From positions 90,001 through 122,000 of the forward strand of contig JAWDOO010000001.1 in the NCBI GenBank assembly GCA_046533775.1: a DNA stretch of 32,000 bases. Reading direction: 5' to 3'. Below, piece by piece: positions 1-9,077 of this stretch (its first letter is position 1; the number at the start of each line of letters is the position of its first letter). Source of the stretch: Candidatus Nanopusillus sp. GTDB lineage: Archaea > Nanobdellota > Nanobdellia > Nanobdellales > Nanobdellaceae. The position numbers and the translations under genes were made by a program. The notes beneath the pieces were generated by a model, which was not told the DNA's origin, searched no databases, and was given only the letters and a program-made list of their open reading frames with translations.

Positions 1-867
1 AGCTGGTGTAGTTCTTACCATTGCACCAGCAGATCTTTCAGATCTTCCAAATATTGGATATTTCTTTTCTTGTAAAACAGATAATAATTCTATCTGAACC
101 TCTGGTCTTAATGTTCCAATTTCATCTATAAACAATACACCTTTATTTGCCTTATGTATTGCACCTGCAATTACCCTCTGATGTGCTGGAGTTTCAAGGC
201 CTCCGGATTGAAATGGATCATGTAATACATCTCCAAATAACATACCTTCAAATGCACCCGTAGCATCTACAAATGGTACAGAAGTTCTGTTTGAATTATC
301 TACCAATAATTTTGGTACATTTTTCATTATTTGCTTTTGCATCACTTGGAAAGAAAATGATAAACTAGCCATTAAAATCATAAATCCAATAAATGTTGCA
401 CCGGCCATTATATAATTTCCTTCATAATAAAAGTACATTGGAGTAAATGCTGATATAAATAATAATAAAATATAGAAATATTGGAAAATTTTTGTTTGTT
501 CTAATATCTTTTTTCTCATTTCTTCTACAATTTTTTTACCAGCTCCCATAGGTACTGTTTTTATTATTGGTTGGTATTCATCATTTGGATTTGGGAATAC
601 CAATATATCTTCTAAATTTTTAACTTGTTCTTTATCTTCTGATAATATTTCTGCCAATGCTCGCGCTAGCATAGATTTACCAGTGCCAGGATCCCCTATC
701 AATAAAACATGTCTCCTCTGTTTAGCAGCTTTTTTAATTATATCTAATGCTTTATCTTGTCCAATAATTTGCTCTGATATCTTTTCAGGTACATTTATTT
801 CTTCTGTAGTCTTAAATTTGAATATATTATATAAGTCCTTTATTGATATTATTGTATTTTCAGACAT
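1..867 (-). CDS. lon: Archaeal membrane-anchored Lon protease (LonB), N-terminal 289 codons; gene continues past the left window edge
   Basis: Absent from the ORF track because it is open at the window edge. Hand translation of the minus strand from ATG 867..865 runs without a stop to base 1. It reads MSENTIISIKDLY..QIIGQDKALDIIKKAAKQRRHVLLIGDPGTGKSMLARALAEIL (Walker A). Two hydrophobic helices (IFQYFYILLLFISAF, AGATFIGFMILMASL) are inserted in the AAA+ module as in LonB. These are followed by KGVLFIDEIGTL (Walker B) and LQEKKYPIFGRSERSAGAMVRTTPA. Confidence 0.9.
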   Translation of the reverse strand, partial: MSENTIISIKDLYNIFKFKTTEEINVPEKISEQIIGQDKALDIIKKAAKQRRHVLLIGDPGTGKSMLARALAEILSEDKEQVKNLEDILVFPNPNDEYQPIIKTVPMGAGKKIVEEMRKKILEQTKIFQYFYILLLFISAFTPMYFYYEGNYIMAGATFIGFMILMASLSFSFQVMQKQIMKNVPKLLVDNSNRTSVPFVDATGAFEGMLFGDVLHDPFQSGGLETPAHQRVIAGAIHKANKGVLFIDEIGTLRPEVQIELLSVLQEKKYPIFGRSERSAGAMVRTTPA

Positions 868-903
868 AATATATTTTATAAAATTAAAAAATATAAAGAT
901 GAA

Positions 904-1869
904 ATGTTTGAATATATAAAAATAGATAGAAGAGTAATATATTATTTAATAATTGTAGGTTTTTTCCTATCTTTTAATCATTGGGATAATTTATTTATTG
1001 GATTAGCTAATTTATTTTTCTCAATAATTTATACAATAATTTCATACTTTATATTTTTATTTATATTTAATTTAGTTTCATCATTTTATGGTTTATATAT
1101 TTATTTAGATAATGTTATTGCAGAATTAAAAATATTGTTTTATAAAAGGGAATCTTATATATTTTTTTATTATTTATTAATTATTTTAGAAATAATATTA
1201 TTCTTTATATTTAGAAATAACTTATTTTTATATGTTATAATATCTCTTTTTGTTATATTATTCTTTTATAATTATATAAAACAATTAAAGATAAAGAGTT
1301 CAAAGAGTGAACAATTAAACTTTACATATATACATAGATATAATTTAAGTTATATAATTACAATCATAATATCAATAATTACACTTGGATTATTTGTTCC
1401 AATAATATTTTCTATGAAACCAATAGTAATAGAATATAAAAGGATTGGAAAAAGTAAAAATATAGAAGTAAGAAATGATGAATTATTAAGGATATTTTTT
1501 ATTTCTACAATAATATTATGGATAATATATTCATCAATAAAATATATATCATATTATTCAACAATATTTTATGGTTTTGTTTATTATTTCTTTAATTTCT
1601 TATTTTTCTTTACATATACATCAATAATACCAATAGGAATATTGTTATCTCCATATTTATCAATTAGAAGGGGATATATATATTCAAATAAATTTATTGG
1701 AGATATATTAATATTATCAAATACACCATTTTATGTTGCATCTATTATAACTATTGCTCTATTGCCAATATTTTCAATAATATTTAATCCAATAGAAGTA
1801 ATAATATTTTCTTTAGCTGTATTTTCTATAATATGGATAAGAAAGCAATTTGACGTTCTAACAAAATGA
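904..1869 (+). CDS. Polytopic integral membrane protein, unknown function
   Basis: 321-aa ORF, I/F/Y/L-rich, with roughly 8-9 hydrophobic helices by eye. No motif I recognise. Divergent from lon across a 36-bp spacer. Confidence 0.6.
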   Translation: MFEYIKIDRRVIYYLIIVGFFLSFNHWDNLFIGLANLFFSIIYTIISYFIFLFIFNLVSSFYGLYIYLDNVIAELKILFYKRESYIFFYYLLIILEIILFFIFRNNLFLYVIISLFVILFFYNYIKQLKIKSSKSEQLNFTYIHRYNLSYIITIIISIITLGLFVPIIFSMKPIVIEYKRIGKSKNIEVRNDELLRIFFISTIILWIIYSSIKYISYYSTIFYGFVYYFFNFLFFFTYTSIIPIGILLSPYLSIRRGYIYSNKFIGDILILSNTPFYVASIITIALLPIFSIIFNPIEVIIFSLAVFSIIWIRKQFDVLTK

Positions 1870-1937
1870 TATAAAAATTATTAAGGACTATATTCATTGA
1901 TTAATAGTAAAAAATTAATAATGTTTAAAAGGTTAAC

Positions 1938-1945
1938 TTTATAAA
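1938..1945 (+). promoter_or_regulatory. TATA-box-like element (TTTATAAA) for tfb, centred about 26 nt upstream of the ATG (implies leaderless or near-leaderless mRNA)
   Basis: Sequence aaaaggttaacTTTATAAAcataatatttaaaaatttattATG. The spacing matches the archaeal TATA-to-TSS distance. Specificity is weak in such AT-rich DNA. Confidence 0.35.
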
Positions 1946-1966
1946 CATAATATTTAAAAATTTATT

Positions 1967-2893
1967 ATGGTACAAAAGCTTATAAAAAATCCTGAATTGA
2001 AATGTCCAGTATGTGGAAGTACAGAATTTATATACAATGAAAAGACAGCAGAACTAGTATGTGCAAAATGTGGTTATGTAATTGAGGAAGTTCCATATCT
2101 AGGAAAGGAATATAGGACAATAAATACAGAAGATGCAGAAAAATTATCAAGAACCGGTAGTGCAATGAGGTATACAAATATACCAAGTATGATATCAACA
2201 GAAATTGGAAAGGCAGAATCAAAAGATGAAGATTTAACATTATCAAGAAAATTAAAGAAATGGCAACAAAGATCTACAAGCTCCTATGAAAGAAATTTAA
2301 AATTAGCACAACAAGAATTAAGAAGAATTTCTTCATTTTTACAATTGCCAAAACAAGTAGAAGAAACAGCATTGAAATTATATTTAGATGCTGTTGAAAA
2401 AGGATTAATTAGGGGAAGATCTGTAGAAACAGTTATTGCTGCATGTACATATATAGCATGTAGGATACATGATGTTGCAAGAACAATAGATGAAATAGTT
2501 AAAGCATCAAATATACATAAAAAAGAATTGGGAAGAACATATAAACATTTATTACAGGCATTAAAGATAAAAATACAACCAATAGATGTTACAGAATATG
2601 TACATAGATTTTCATCACTATTAAATTTACCACCAGAAGTTATATCTACAGCAATAGATATAGTAAATAAAGCAAAAGAATCTGATATAACTGCTGGTAG
2701 AGGTCCAGCAGGAGTTGCAGCAGCTGCAATATATTTAGCATGTGTAAAACATGGAATACAAAAGACTCAAAAAGATATAGCAGAAGTTGCTGGAATAACT
2801 GAAGTTACAATAAGAAATAGATATAAAGAAATGTTAGAAAAATTAAATCTTAAAGATATTGAAGCAAAAATGAATAGTACTGAGGAATGGTAA
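1967..2893 (+). CDS. tfb: Transcription initiation factor IIB (TFB)
   Basis: N-terminal Zn ribbon CPVCGS..CAKCG. Two cyclin-like repeats (RGRSVETVIAACTYIACR; GRGPAGVAAAAIYLAC). C-terminal HTH-like QKDIAEVAGITEVTIRNRYKEM. 308 aa, typical length. Confidence 0.95.
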   Translation: MVQKLIKNPELKCPVCGSTEFIYNEKTAELVCAKCGYVIEEVPYLGKEYRTINTEDAEKLSRTGSAMRYTNIPSMISTEIGKAESKDEDLTLSRKLKKWQQRSTSSYERNLKLAQQELRRISSFLQLPKQVEETALKLYLDAVEKGLIRGRSVETVIAACTYIACRIHDVARTIDEIVKASNIHKKELGRTYKHLLQALKIKIQPIDVTEYVHRFSSLLNLPPEVISTAIDIVNKAKESDITAGRGPAGVAAAAIYLACVKHGIQKTQKDIAEVAGITEVTIRNRYKEMLEKLNLKDIEAKMNSTEEW

Positions 2894-3165
2894 TATTACC
2901 AAAGGCTCTAAAAATTAAGAATAGATATATTTTAATAGATTTTTTTGATGAAGAAAAATTAAAAAATGATTTTATTAAATATTTTGGATATATAGATTAT
3001 TATGATTTACATTTAAATAAAATAGAAATAAATAAGAAAATAATTTTATCAGTAAACAAAAAACATTTGTATAAAATAATTTTTTTATTATATTTACAAA
3101 ATATAAAAAATTTTAAAATATTTAAAACATTAAAAGGTGTAAAATCTTTTTTAAATATATCTTAA
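2887..3165 (+). CDS. RNase P protein component 2 (Pop5/Rpp14-like), compact 92 aa
   Basis: N-terminus LPKALKIKNRYILIDF matches the archaeal Pop5 signature LPptLR.KNRYiafei. The C-terminal ..IFKTLKGVKSF resembles the Pop5 RTLGVSGTIK end. It sits in the conserved position immediately upstream of psmA and overlaps the tfb stop by 7 nt (ATGGTAA). Assignment is by eye only. Confidence 0.55.
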   Translation: MVILPKALKIKNRYILIDFFDEEKLKNDFIKYFGYIDYYDLHLNKIEINKKIILSVNKKHLYKIIFLLYLQNIKNFKIFKTLKGVKSFLNIS

Positions 3166-3176
3166 ACTTTATCTTT

Positions 3177-3893
3177 ATGGAAACTGATATTGGACAATTT
3201 GGACCAATGGATAGAGGATGGGCAATATTCTCACCAGAAGGAAAATTAATATTAGTAGAATATGCAAAACAAGCTGCAAAAGCTGGATCAACAGCAATTG
3301 GAATATGTACAATAGATGGTATATTAATAATTGCAGATAAAAAAATTCCAAGCAAGTTAATTATAACAGATTCTATTGAAAAGATTATGGAAATTGATGA
3401 TAATATAATTGGAACATTCTCTGGATTTATACCAGATGGTAGAGTATTAATAGATTATGCAAGGGAAATTGCTCAACAACATAAATTACAATATGGAAAA
3501 CAAATAGATATAGAACTATTAGTAAGAGAAATGAGTGATATAATGCAATCTTATACAAGATTTGGTGGAGTAAGACCTTTTGCTGTATCATTAATAATTG
3601 GTGGAATAGATAAGGATGGTGAACCAAAGTTATTTTCATTGGATCCATCCGGAATATTCTATAGATATAAAGCTGTTGTAATTGGAGAGGGTGAAGATAA
3701 AATTACACCAATATTGGAAGAAAGATATAAAGAGATGGATTTAAATGAAGCAATTAAATTTGGAATAGATGTATTAAAAGAATATTTGGGAAATAATTTT
3801 GCATATGAGAGATTAATATTATCATATGTAAAGAAAGGTGAAAAAGTTAAAACAGTTGAAAATCATAAAGTAAAAGAATTATATGAAGGATAA
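3177..3893 (+). CDS. psmA: Proteasome subunit alpha
   Basis: DRGWAIFSPEGKLILVEYAKQAAKAGSTAIGI matches the alpha-subunit N-terminal signature (YDRaitvFSPdGrLfQVEYA..a...Gst.vGi). 238 aa. Confidence 0.95.
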   Translation: METDIGQFGPMDRGWAIFSPEGKLILVEYAKQAAKAGSTAIGICTIDGILIIADKKIPSKLIITDSIEKIMEIDDNIIGTFSGFIPDGRVLIDYAREIAQQHKLQYGKQIDIELLVREMSDIMQSYTRFGGVRPFAVSLIIGGIDKDGEPKLFSLDPSGIFYRYKAVVIGEGEDKITPILEERYKEMDLNEAIKFGIDVLKEYLGNNFAYERLILSYVKKGEKVKTVENHKVKELYEG

Positions 3894-4572
3894 AGATACA
3901 GAAATAAGTATAAAATATAAAAAGGAAGGTTATAATTTTGAAATAATTGTATATTTAAGAAAGGCTTTTGAATATAAAGAAGGGAAAATAAAAGATATAA
4001 GAGAAGTATTGGCTATAGAAGAAATTTTTAAAGATTCTAAAAAGGGAGAAAGGGCATCAACAGAATCTTTAAAGAGAGTTTTTGGAACTACAGATATTCT
4101 TGAAGTTGCTAAACAAATATTGGAAAATTCTGAGATTCCATTACCAACCGAATATAAGAGAGAATTAATCGAAGAAAAGAAAAAACAGATTATTGAATAT
4201 ATAAGAAGAATAGCATATGACAGTAAAAATAACATGCCATTAACATATGAAAGAGCAAAAGAATTATTTGAAATGATAAAATATAACGTAGATATAAATA
4301 AACCAGTAGAAAAACAAGCTGAAGAAGTTTTAAAAGAAATAAGAAAGAAATATCCATTAAAGATAGAATATAAAAATATAAAACTTGTAGTATATTCAAA
4401 TAGATTTAAAATAATTGGAATAATAAAAAATAAATATAAAATTATAAAAGAAAATTGGGGCGAAAATTATGAAGCAATATTAGAAATTCCAATTGGATTA
4501 TTATCAGAATTTTATTCAGATATAGGAAAATTATGTGGAGAAGATTGTATAGTTGAAGAAATAAAAAAATAA
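3883..4572 (+). CDS. sdo1: Ribosome maturation protein SBDS/Sdo1 family
   Basis: ISIKYKKEGYNFEIIVY..EGKIKDIREVLAIEEIFKDSKKGERASTESLKRVFGTTDILEVAKQIL is the typical FYSH domain. Follows psmA as in the archaeal superoperon, with an 11-nt overlap with psmA. Confidence 0.9.
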   Translation: MKDKDTEISIKYKKEGYNFEIIVYLRKAFEYKEGKIKDIREVLAIEEIFKDSKKGERASTESLKRVFGTTDILEVAKQILENSEIPLPTEYKRELIEEKKKQIIEYIRRIAYDSKNNMPLTYERAKELFEMIKYNVDINKPVEKQAEEVLKEIRKKYPLKIEYKNIKLVVYSNRFKIIGIIKNKYKIIKENWGENYEAILEIPIGLLSEFYSDIGKLCGEDCIVEEIKK

Positions 4573-5241
4573 TTATTGGGATTTTCCTTTATCTCCACCC
4601 TGTTTTTCAGGTCCTTTCCCACCTTCAGAACTAACACTGGTACCTGAGAATATCAAAAATATTCCTATTAGAATAAAAAATATCATTGCAAATAATATAT
4701 AAGGATTAAAAGTTATTATATAAGTTTGCGCCTGTGGAGATGTACCTAAAGTTATTGATAAAAAATAATTTTGATATGCATAATACATAGCTAGTAAAGC
4801 AAATAAAATAATAAACATTACTATTATCAATGGTATATATCTAGCATTACTTGGTTTTCCTTCAGTTGAAAATAATCTTTTTTCTATTAATTCAAACATT
4901 TTACCATTCGTTAAGAAAGATCCTAAAATTATGAAGAAAAAGAATACTAAAATCATTGAAACTACAAAAGCTACAAAATATTGCGTATATAATACAAAAC
5001 CAGTAAATGTTGTTAACAATAATGATGCAGAAACTGATATAATAAATGCTAATGTGCTATTTATATCTTTCTTTGATCCTCCTTCATCTTTCTTTTCTCC
5101 TTTTTCACCTGCTTTTATTATATTATCCATTAAAAATTTTATTAGAAAATATAATATTCCAAAATAGAATAGAAAAACAAATATTAAATTTATTCCTAAT
5201 ACATTTACTACATTTATTATAAAATCTGCAAATGATGTCAT
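4573..5241 (-). CDS. Integral membrane protein, unknown function, with Gly/Lys-rich soluble loop and tail
   Basis: 222 aa with about 5-6 hydrophobic helices. Charged loop AGEKGEKKDEGGSKKD and C-terminal tail SSEGGKGPEKQGGDKGKSQ. No recognisable family. Confidence 0.6.
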   Translation of the reverse strand: MTSFADFIINVVNVLGINLIFVFLFYFGILYFLIKFLMDNIIKAGEKGEKKDEGGSKKDINSTLAFIISVSASLLLTTFTGFVLYTQYFVAFVVSMILVFFFFIILGSFLTNGKMFELIEKRLFSTEGKPSNARYIPLIIVMFIILFALLAMYYAYQNYFLSITLGTSPQAQTYIITFNPYILFAMIFFILIGIFLIFSGTSVSSEGGKGPEKQGGDKGKSQ

Positions 5242-5274
5242 ATATAAAAATTCACTTTTATTACTTTTAAATTA

Positions 5275-6894
5275 TTATATGGAATCATAAATATTTATAT
5301 ATTCGTTTATATTATTTTTCCAATCAAATTTCTTAGATATTTCATACATTTGCTTTTTTATTTCCATCTTATCATATAAATCTAAATTATAATATTGTAA
5401 AAATTTATTATATATAATTTCTTTATCTAAATTGTTTGGATCTACATTAATTATATATTCATGATTTATATTTTTACTTATTAAGTTTCTATAAAATCCA
5501 GTTTTATTAGATAAAACAATTGGAACAAAATTGTTCAATGCTTCTAATGGTGTATATCCATATGGTTCATACCTTGATAAAAATATACCAAAATCAAATG
5601 CTGGTAATATATATTCCAAATCTAAACTAAATAATATATCATTTCCAAGATAAACTGGAACATATATAACTTTTACATAATTATTTTTATCATTATTTAA
5701 ATTATTTTCTCCTAATTTTTCAATTATAATATTATTTTCTACATCATGAGTACATATTGGTGGATTTTTATTTTTTATTCTATCTAATTTATCTAATATA
5801 TTTTTTCCATTATATAAAGATCTAATAATTAAATGTATATTTTCCTCTATATTTTCTTTCAATTTAATATAATCTTTATAAGATCTAATTATATCATCAT
5901 TTTGTCCTTTAATAATGTAAGGAACAAAAATAAATGCAATAGTATTTAATTTCTTTTCATCTAAATATTTTAATAAATCAATAAATAGATCTAAACCCTT
6001 ATTATATGGCTCATATCTACCAATTGTATATATTAGCAAATATTTTTCTGGTAAATCATAATATGGATAAAAATACCAGGTTAAAAATTCATCTATCCAT
6101 TTCTTTGAAATTTTATAATAATTAAATAATTCCTTTTCTTTTACATTTATATAATTGTATGTTATATAATCTGGCTTTCTCTTATATATTTTATATGCCT
6201 CCTCTCCCAAATTATCAGATACTACTGTAAATATATCGGAATTCAATATTGCCTGTTTTTCCAACTGATATTTTGAATTTATTCCCAATCTATATGAATC
6301 TTTATCAGGATCTATTATATTCAATGCATTTTCTACATTTATATTTTTTTCAGATAATGTCCTTCCAATAACTGTTCCATGGATTGTTAATATTGTTTTA
6401 TAATTTAGATTATTTTTCTTTATATATAATATTGTACCACCAGATAACCATTCATGTGCATGTAATATTTTTTTCTCATTAAAATATTTATCTATTTTTT
6501 CTAAAAATATACCAACAGCAACAGACCATAATAAGGGTTCATCAAAAGTAAAATCTGAATTCAAAGAATCTATTTTATACCATTCCCAATATTTATATTT
6601 CCATAGATTTCTTTCTTTATTAAAAAATTCATCAAATTCTATTAAAAATACATTTGGTTTTGATTCAATATTCCAATATCCATAATGTACTTTAATTCCA
6701 TCCAATTGATAATTTATTTCTTTTATATAATCTGGAGGATCTAATTCAATAAATTCTGAATTATTTTTATATGGACCAATTAAAAAATATTTATCCTTAT
6801 ATTTTTCTTTTATATATTTTGCTTTAGTAGATATTACAGTATATATTCCCCCTACTTTATTACATACTTCCCAAGATTGTTCAAATAGTATCAT
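5275..6894 (-). CDS. Glycogen (alpha-glucan) synthase, eukaryote-like GT3 family
   Basis: The N-terminus MILFEQSWEVCNKVGGIYTVISTKAKY is the hallmark GT3 glycogen synthase motif (FEvsWEvcNKVGGIYTVi). 539 aa. HAHEW and EPYGYTPLEA motifs are consistent with the GT-B fold. Confidence 0.85.
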   Translation of the reverse strand: MILFEQSWEVCNKVGGIYTVISTKAKYIKEKYKDKYFLIGPYKNNSEFIELDPPDYIKEINYQLDGIKVHYGYWNIESKPNVFLIEFDEFFNKERNLWKYKYWEWYKIDSLNSDFTFDEPLLWSVAVGIFLEKIDKYFNEKKILHAHEWLSGGTILYIKKNNLNYKTILTIHGTVIGRTLSEKNINVENALNIIDPDKDSYRLGINSKYQLEKQAILNSDIFTVVSDNLGEEAYKIYKRKPDYITYNYINVKEKELFNYYKISKKWIDEFLTWYFYPYYDLPEKYLLIYTIGRYEPYNKGLDLFIDLLKYLDEKKLNTIAFIFVPYIIKGQNDDIIRSYKDYIKLKENIEENIHLIIRSLYNGKNILDKLDRIKNKNPPICTHDVENNIIIEKLGENNLNNDKNNYVKVIYVPVYLGNDILFSLDLEYILPAFDFGIFLSRYEPYGYTPLEALNNFVPIVLSNKTGFYRNLISKNINHEYIINVDPNNLDKEIIYNKFLQYYNLDLYDKMEIKKQMYEISKKFDWKNNINEYINIYDSI

Positions 6895-7553
6895 CTAAAT
6901 ATAATATCAAATATGCTTCTTTTCTTTTTATTGCCAGTTATACAATATGCTAGCTCATCTATATATTTCAATGCCTTTGATTTTTCATTATAAAATGCAA
7001 TTGGCTGATATTGAAATTGATAATTAATAAAATCTTTAATTATTGGAATAATTGCATATACTTCTTTATTATATAAATCCTCTATAAAATCTATTTCAAT
7101 ACTCTTATCATATTTATTTAATACTATTTTAACCTTATTTTTATCTAAAAGATCATATAATTTTTTATTTACATATAGAGAATAGAAATCTGGATTTATT
7201 ACTAAAAAATTTATATCCGATATTTTCTCAATACTTAATATATAATTTATATTTGGAAGTACATCAAAAATAATTATATCATAATACCTTTTCAAATAAT
7301 TTAAATCATTAATACTAAAATCTAAATTATCTATAATTTTTAAATGAAAATATGGTAATATCTTTATTCCTTCATATATTTTATTTCCAAATAATTTTTC
7401 ATTATTTAGAAATATTAAATTCGAAGAATAAATTCCGTTTGTATCTATTATCAATACTTTATAATTATATTCCTTTTTTAAATATGCTGCAAGATTATTT
7501 GCTAACGTAGTTTTTCCAACTCCACCCTTTAATGATATAAAAGATACTATCAT
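6891..7553 (-). CDS. ParA/MinD-family P-loop ATPase
   Basis: Deviant Walker A ISLKGGVGKTTLANNLA, Walker A' VLIIDTN, Walker B DIIIFDVLP. 220 aa. ATGA overlaps on both sides (6891-6894 and 7550-7553). Confidence 0.85.
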   Translation of the reverse strand: MIVSFISLKGGVGKTTLANNLAAYLKKEYNYKVLIIDTNGIYSSNLIFLNNEKLFGNKIYEGIKILPYFHLKIIDNLDFSINDLNYLKRYYDIIIFDVLPNINYILSIEKISDINFLVINPDFYSLYVNKKLYDLLDKNKVKIVLNKYDKSIEIDFIEDLYNKEVYAIIPIIKDFINYQFQYQPIAFYNEKSKALKYIDELAYCITGNKKKRSIFDIIFR

Positions 7554-7864
7554 AATCCTAATAATTTTGAAAATTTTACTTCAGCTTCTTCTTTTGAAAA
7601 TTTTTTCTTTACATATATTTCATGAGTTTTTAAGAAATTTCCTATAATCTTTATATATTCATCTTTATCTTTTGCTTCTTTTATTTTTTCATATAAACTT
7701 TCCTCCTTTAATGAATTTTTTATCCATTCTGGAAAATGATTTTTATGATAATTAAATTTATCTTGATCTGCATTGTATAGCCAAATTAATAAATCTTGAA
7801 GACCATATAATTTTTGTCCATCAATAGTGATAAATGCTTGTTTTTCATCATCAACTTCAATCAT
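7550..7864 (-). CDS. Small conserved-looking protein of unknown function, first gene of the ParA/GT3-synthase operon
   Basis: 104 aa, sequence FITIDGQKLYGLQDLLIWLYNADQDKFNYHKNHFPEWIKNSL. It reminds me of small uncharacterised proteins found next to alpha-glucan genes (possibly DUF5752-like), which I cannot verify without an HMM search. Confidence 0.6.
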   Translation of the reverse strand: MIEVDDEKQAFITIDGQKLYGLQDLLIWLYNADQDKFNYHKNHFPEWIKNSLKEESLYEKIKEAKDKDEYIKIIGNFLKTHEIYVKKKFSKEEAEVKFSKLLGL

Positions 7865-7901
7865 ATTAAATTTTATATTGTTATATCTTTAAAAAATATT
7901 T
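7865..7901. promoter_or_regulatory. 37-bp bidirectional promoter region between the ParA operon and the GH57 gene
   Basis: attaaaTTTTATATtgttatatcTTTAAAAAatattt. One TATA-like box lies about 26 nt from each divergent ATG (7864 and 7902), implying leaderless transcripts in both directions. Confidence 0.4.
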
Positions 7902-9077
7902 ATGACAGGCATTGTATTTTATTTCCATGCACATCAACCAAGAAGAATAAGATATTATTCCTTTTTTGATATTGGATCAAAAAATTATTTCAACGATGAT
8001 CTAAATAAAAAAATACTAGATAGAGTTGTATATAAATGTTATAAACCAGCATTGGAAATGATATATGATAATATTACAAAATATGATATAAAAGTATCAT
8101 TTTCAATTTCTGGAACATTAATTGAGCAATTAGAATTATATCATCCAGAAATTTTAGAATTATGGAAAAAATTAGTAGATACTGGAAATGTAGAAATTGT
8201 ATCTGAAACTTATTATCATTCATTGGCATATTTAATTGATAAAGATGAATTTATTAACCAAATAAAATTGCATAGAAAGAAAATAAAAGAAGTATTTAAT
8301 TATAAATCTAAAAGCTTTAGAAACTTTGAACTTGTATTTAACAATGAAATCGGAGAAATTGTATATTCTTTGGGATATAAAGTAGCATTAACCGAAGGAA
8401 CTGAAAAAATTTTAGGAAATAGGAGTCCAAATTATATATATAAATTAAAAATAAATAATTTAAGATTATTATTAAGAAATTATAGATTATCTGATGATAT
8501 AGGATTTAGATTTACAAATAAAAGTTGGTCAGAATATCCATTAACTGCAGATAAATATTATTTATGGTTAAAAAATACTCCAGGAGATATAATAAATATA
8601 TTCATGGATTTTGAAACAATTGGAGAACATATATGGAAAGAATCTGGAATATTTGAATTTTGGAATAAATTATTTGAGTATATTGGAAAAGAAAAATATT
8701 TTGAAACATATAATATAACTGAAGCCATAGAAGAATTTAATTATAAAGATGAATTAGATATTCCTGAATTAATATCATGGGCTGATATTGAGAGAGATCT
8801 ATCTGCATGGATTGGAGATAGTATACAAAGAGAAGCTTTAGATTATTTGAGAGAATTATATAAAAAATATAAGAATGATGAAAAAATATTAAATATATTG
8901 AGATATTTATCAACTTCAGATAATTTTTATTATATGAGTTTAAAATATAATAGTGATGGAGATGTACATAAATATTTTAGAGAAGAGGCTTTTGCAACTC
9001 CATATGATTCCTTTATATCATATATGAATATTCTAAAAGATATAGAATTAAACCAGGCTATTGAAAATAGAAATTAA
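7902..9077 (+). CDS. Glycoside hydrolase family 57 (alpha-amylase / alpha-glucan-active enzyme)
   Basis: The N-terminal FYFHAHQPRR carries the GH57 region-1 HQP motif. NFELVFNNE and MDFETIGEH correspond to the regions carrying the catalytic Glu and Asp. 391 aa. Confidence 0.85.
   Translation: MTGIVFYFHAHQPRRIRYYSFFDIGSKNYFNDDLNKKILDRVVYKCYKPALEMIYDNITKYDIKVSFSISGTLIEQLELYHPEILELWKKLVDTGNVEIVSETYYHSLAYLIDKDEFINQIKLHRKKIKEVFNYKSKSFRNFELVFNNEIGEIVYSLGYKVALTEGTEKILGNRSPNYIYKLKINNLRLLLRNYRLSDDIGFRFTNKSWSEYPLTADKYYLWLKNTPGDIINIFMDFETIGEHIWKESGIFEFWNKLFEYIGKEKYFETYNITEAIEEFNYKDELDIPELISWADIERDLSAWIGDSIQREALDYLRELYKKYKNDEKILNILRYLSTSDNFYYMSLKYNSDGDVHKYFREEAFATPYDSFISYMNILKDIELNQAIENRN

Noticed and set aside
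683-919. 78-aa plus-strand track ORF
   Set aside because: It lies antisense to the clearly homologous LonB coding sequence (1-867). It is low-complexity, has no motif, and overlaps the next gene's start. This is a shadow ORF.
2028-5167. Track ORFs 2028-2246(-), 3122-3355(-), 3427-3648(-), 3930-4235(-), 4190-4399(-), 4931-5167(+)
   Set aside because: All are antisense to well-supported genes (tfb, Pop5-like/psmA, psmA, SBDS, membrane protein). They have L/I/F/Y-rich nonsense-like composition typical of shadow frames in AT-rich DNA.
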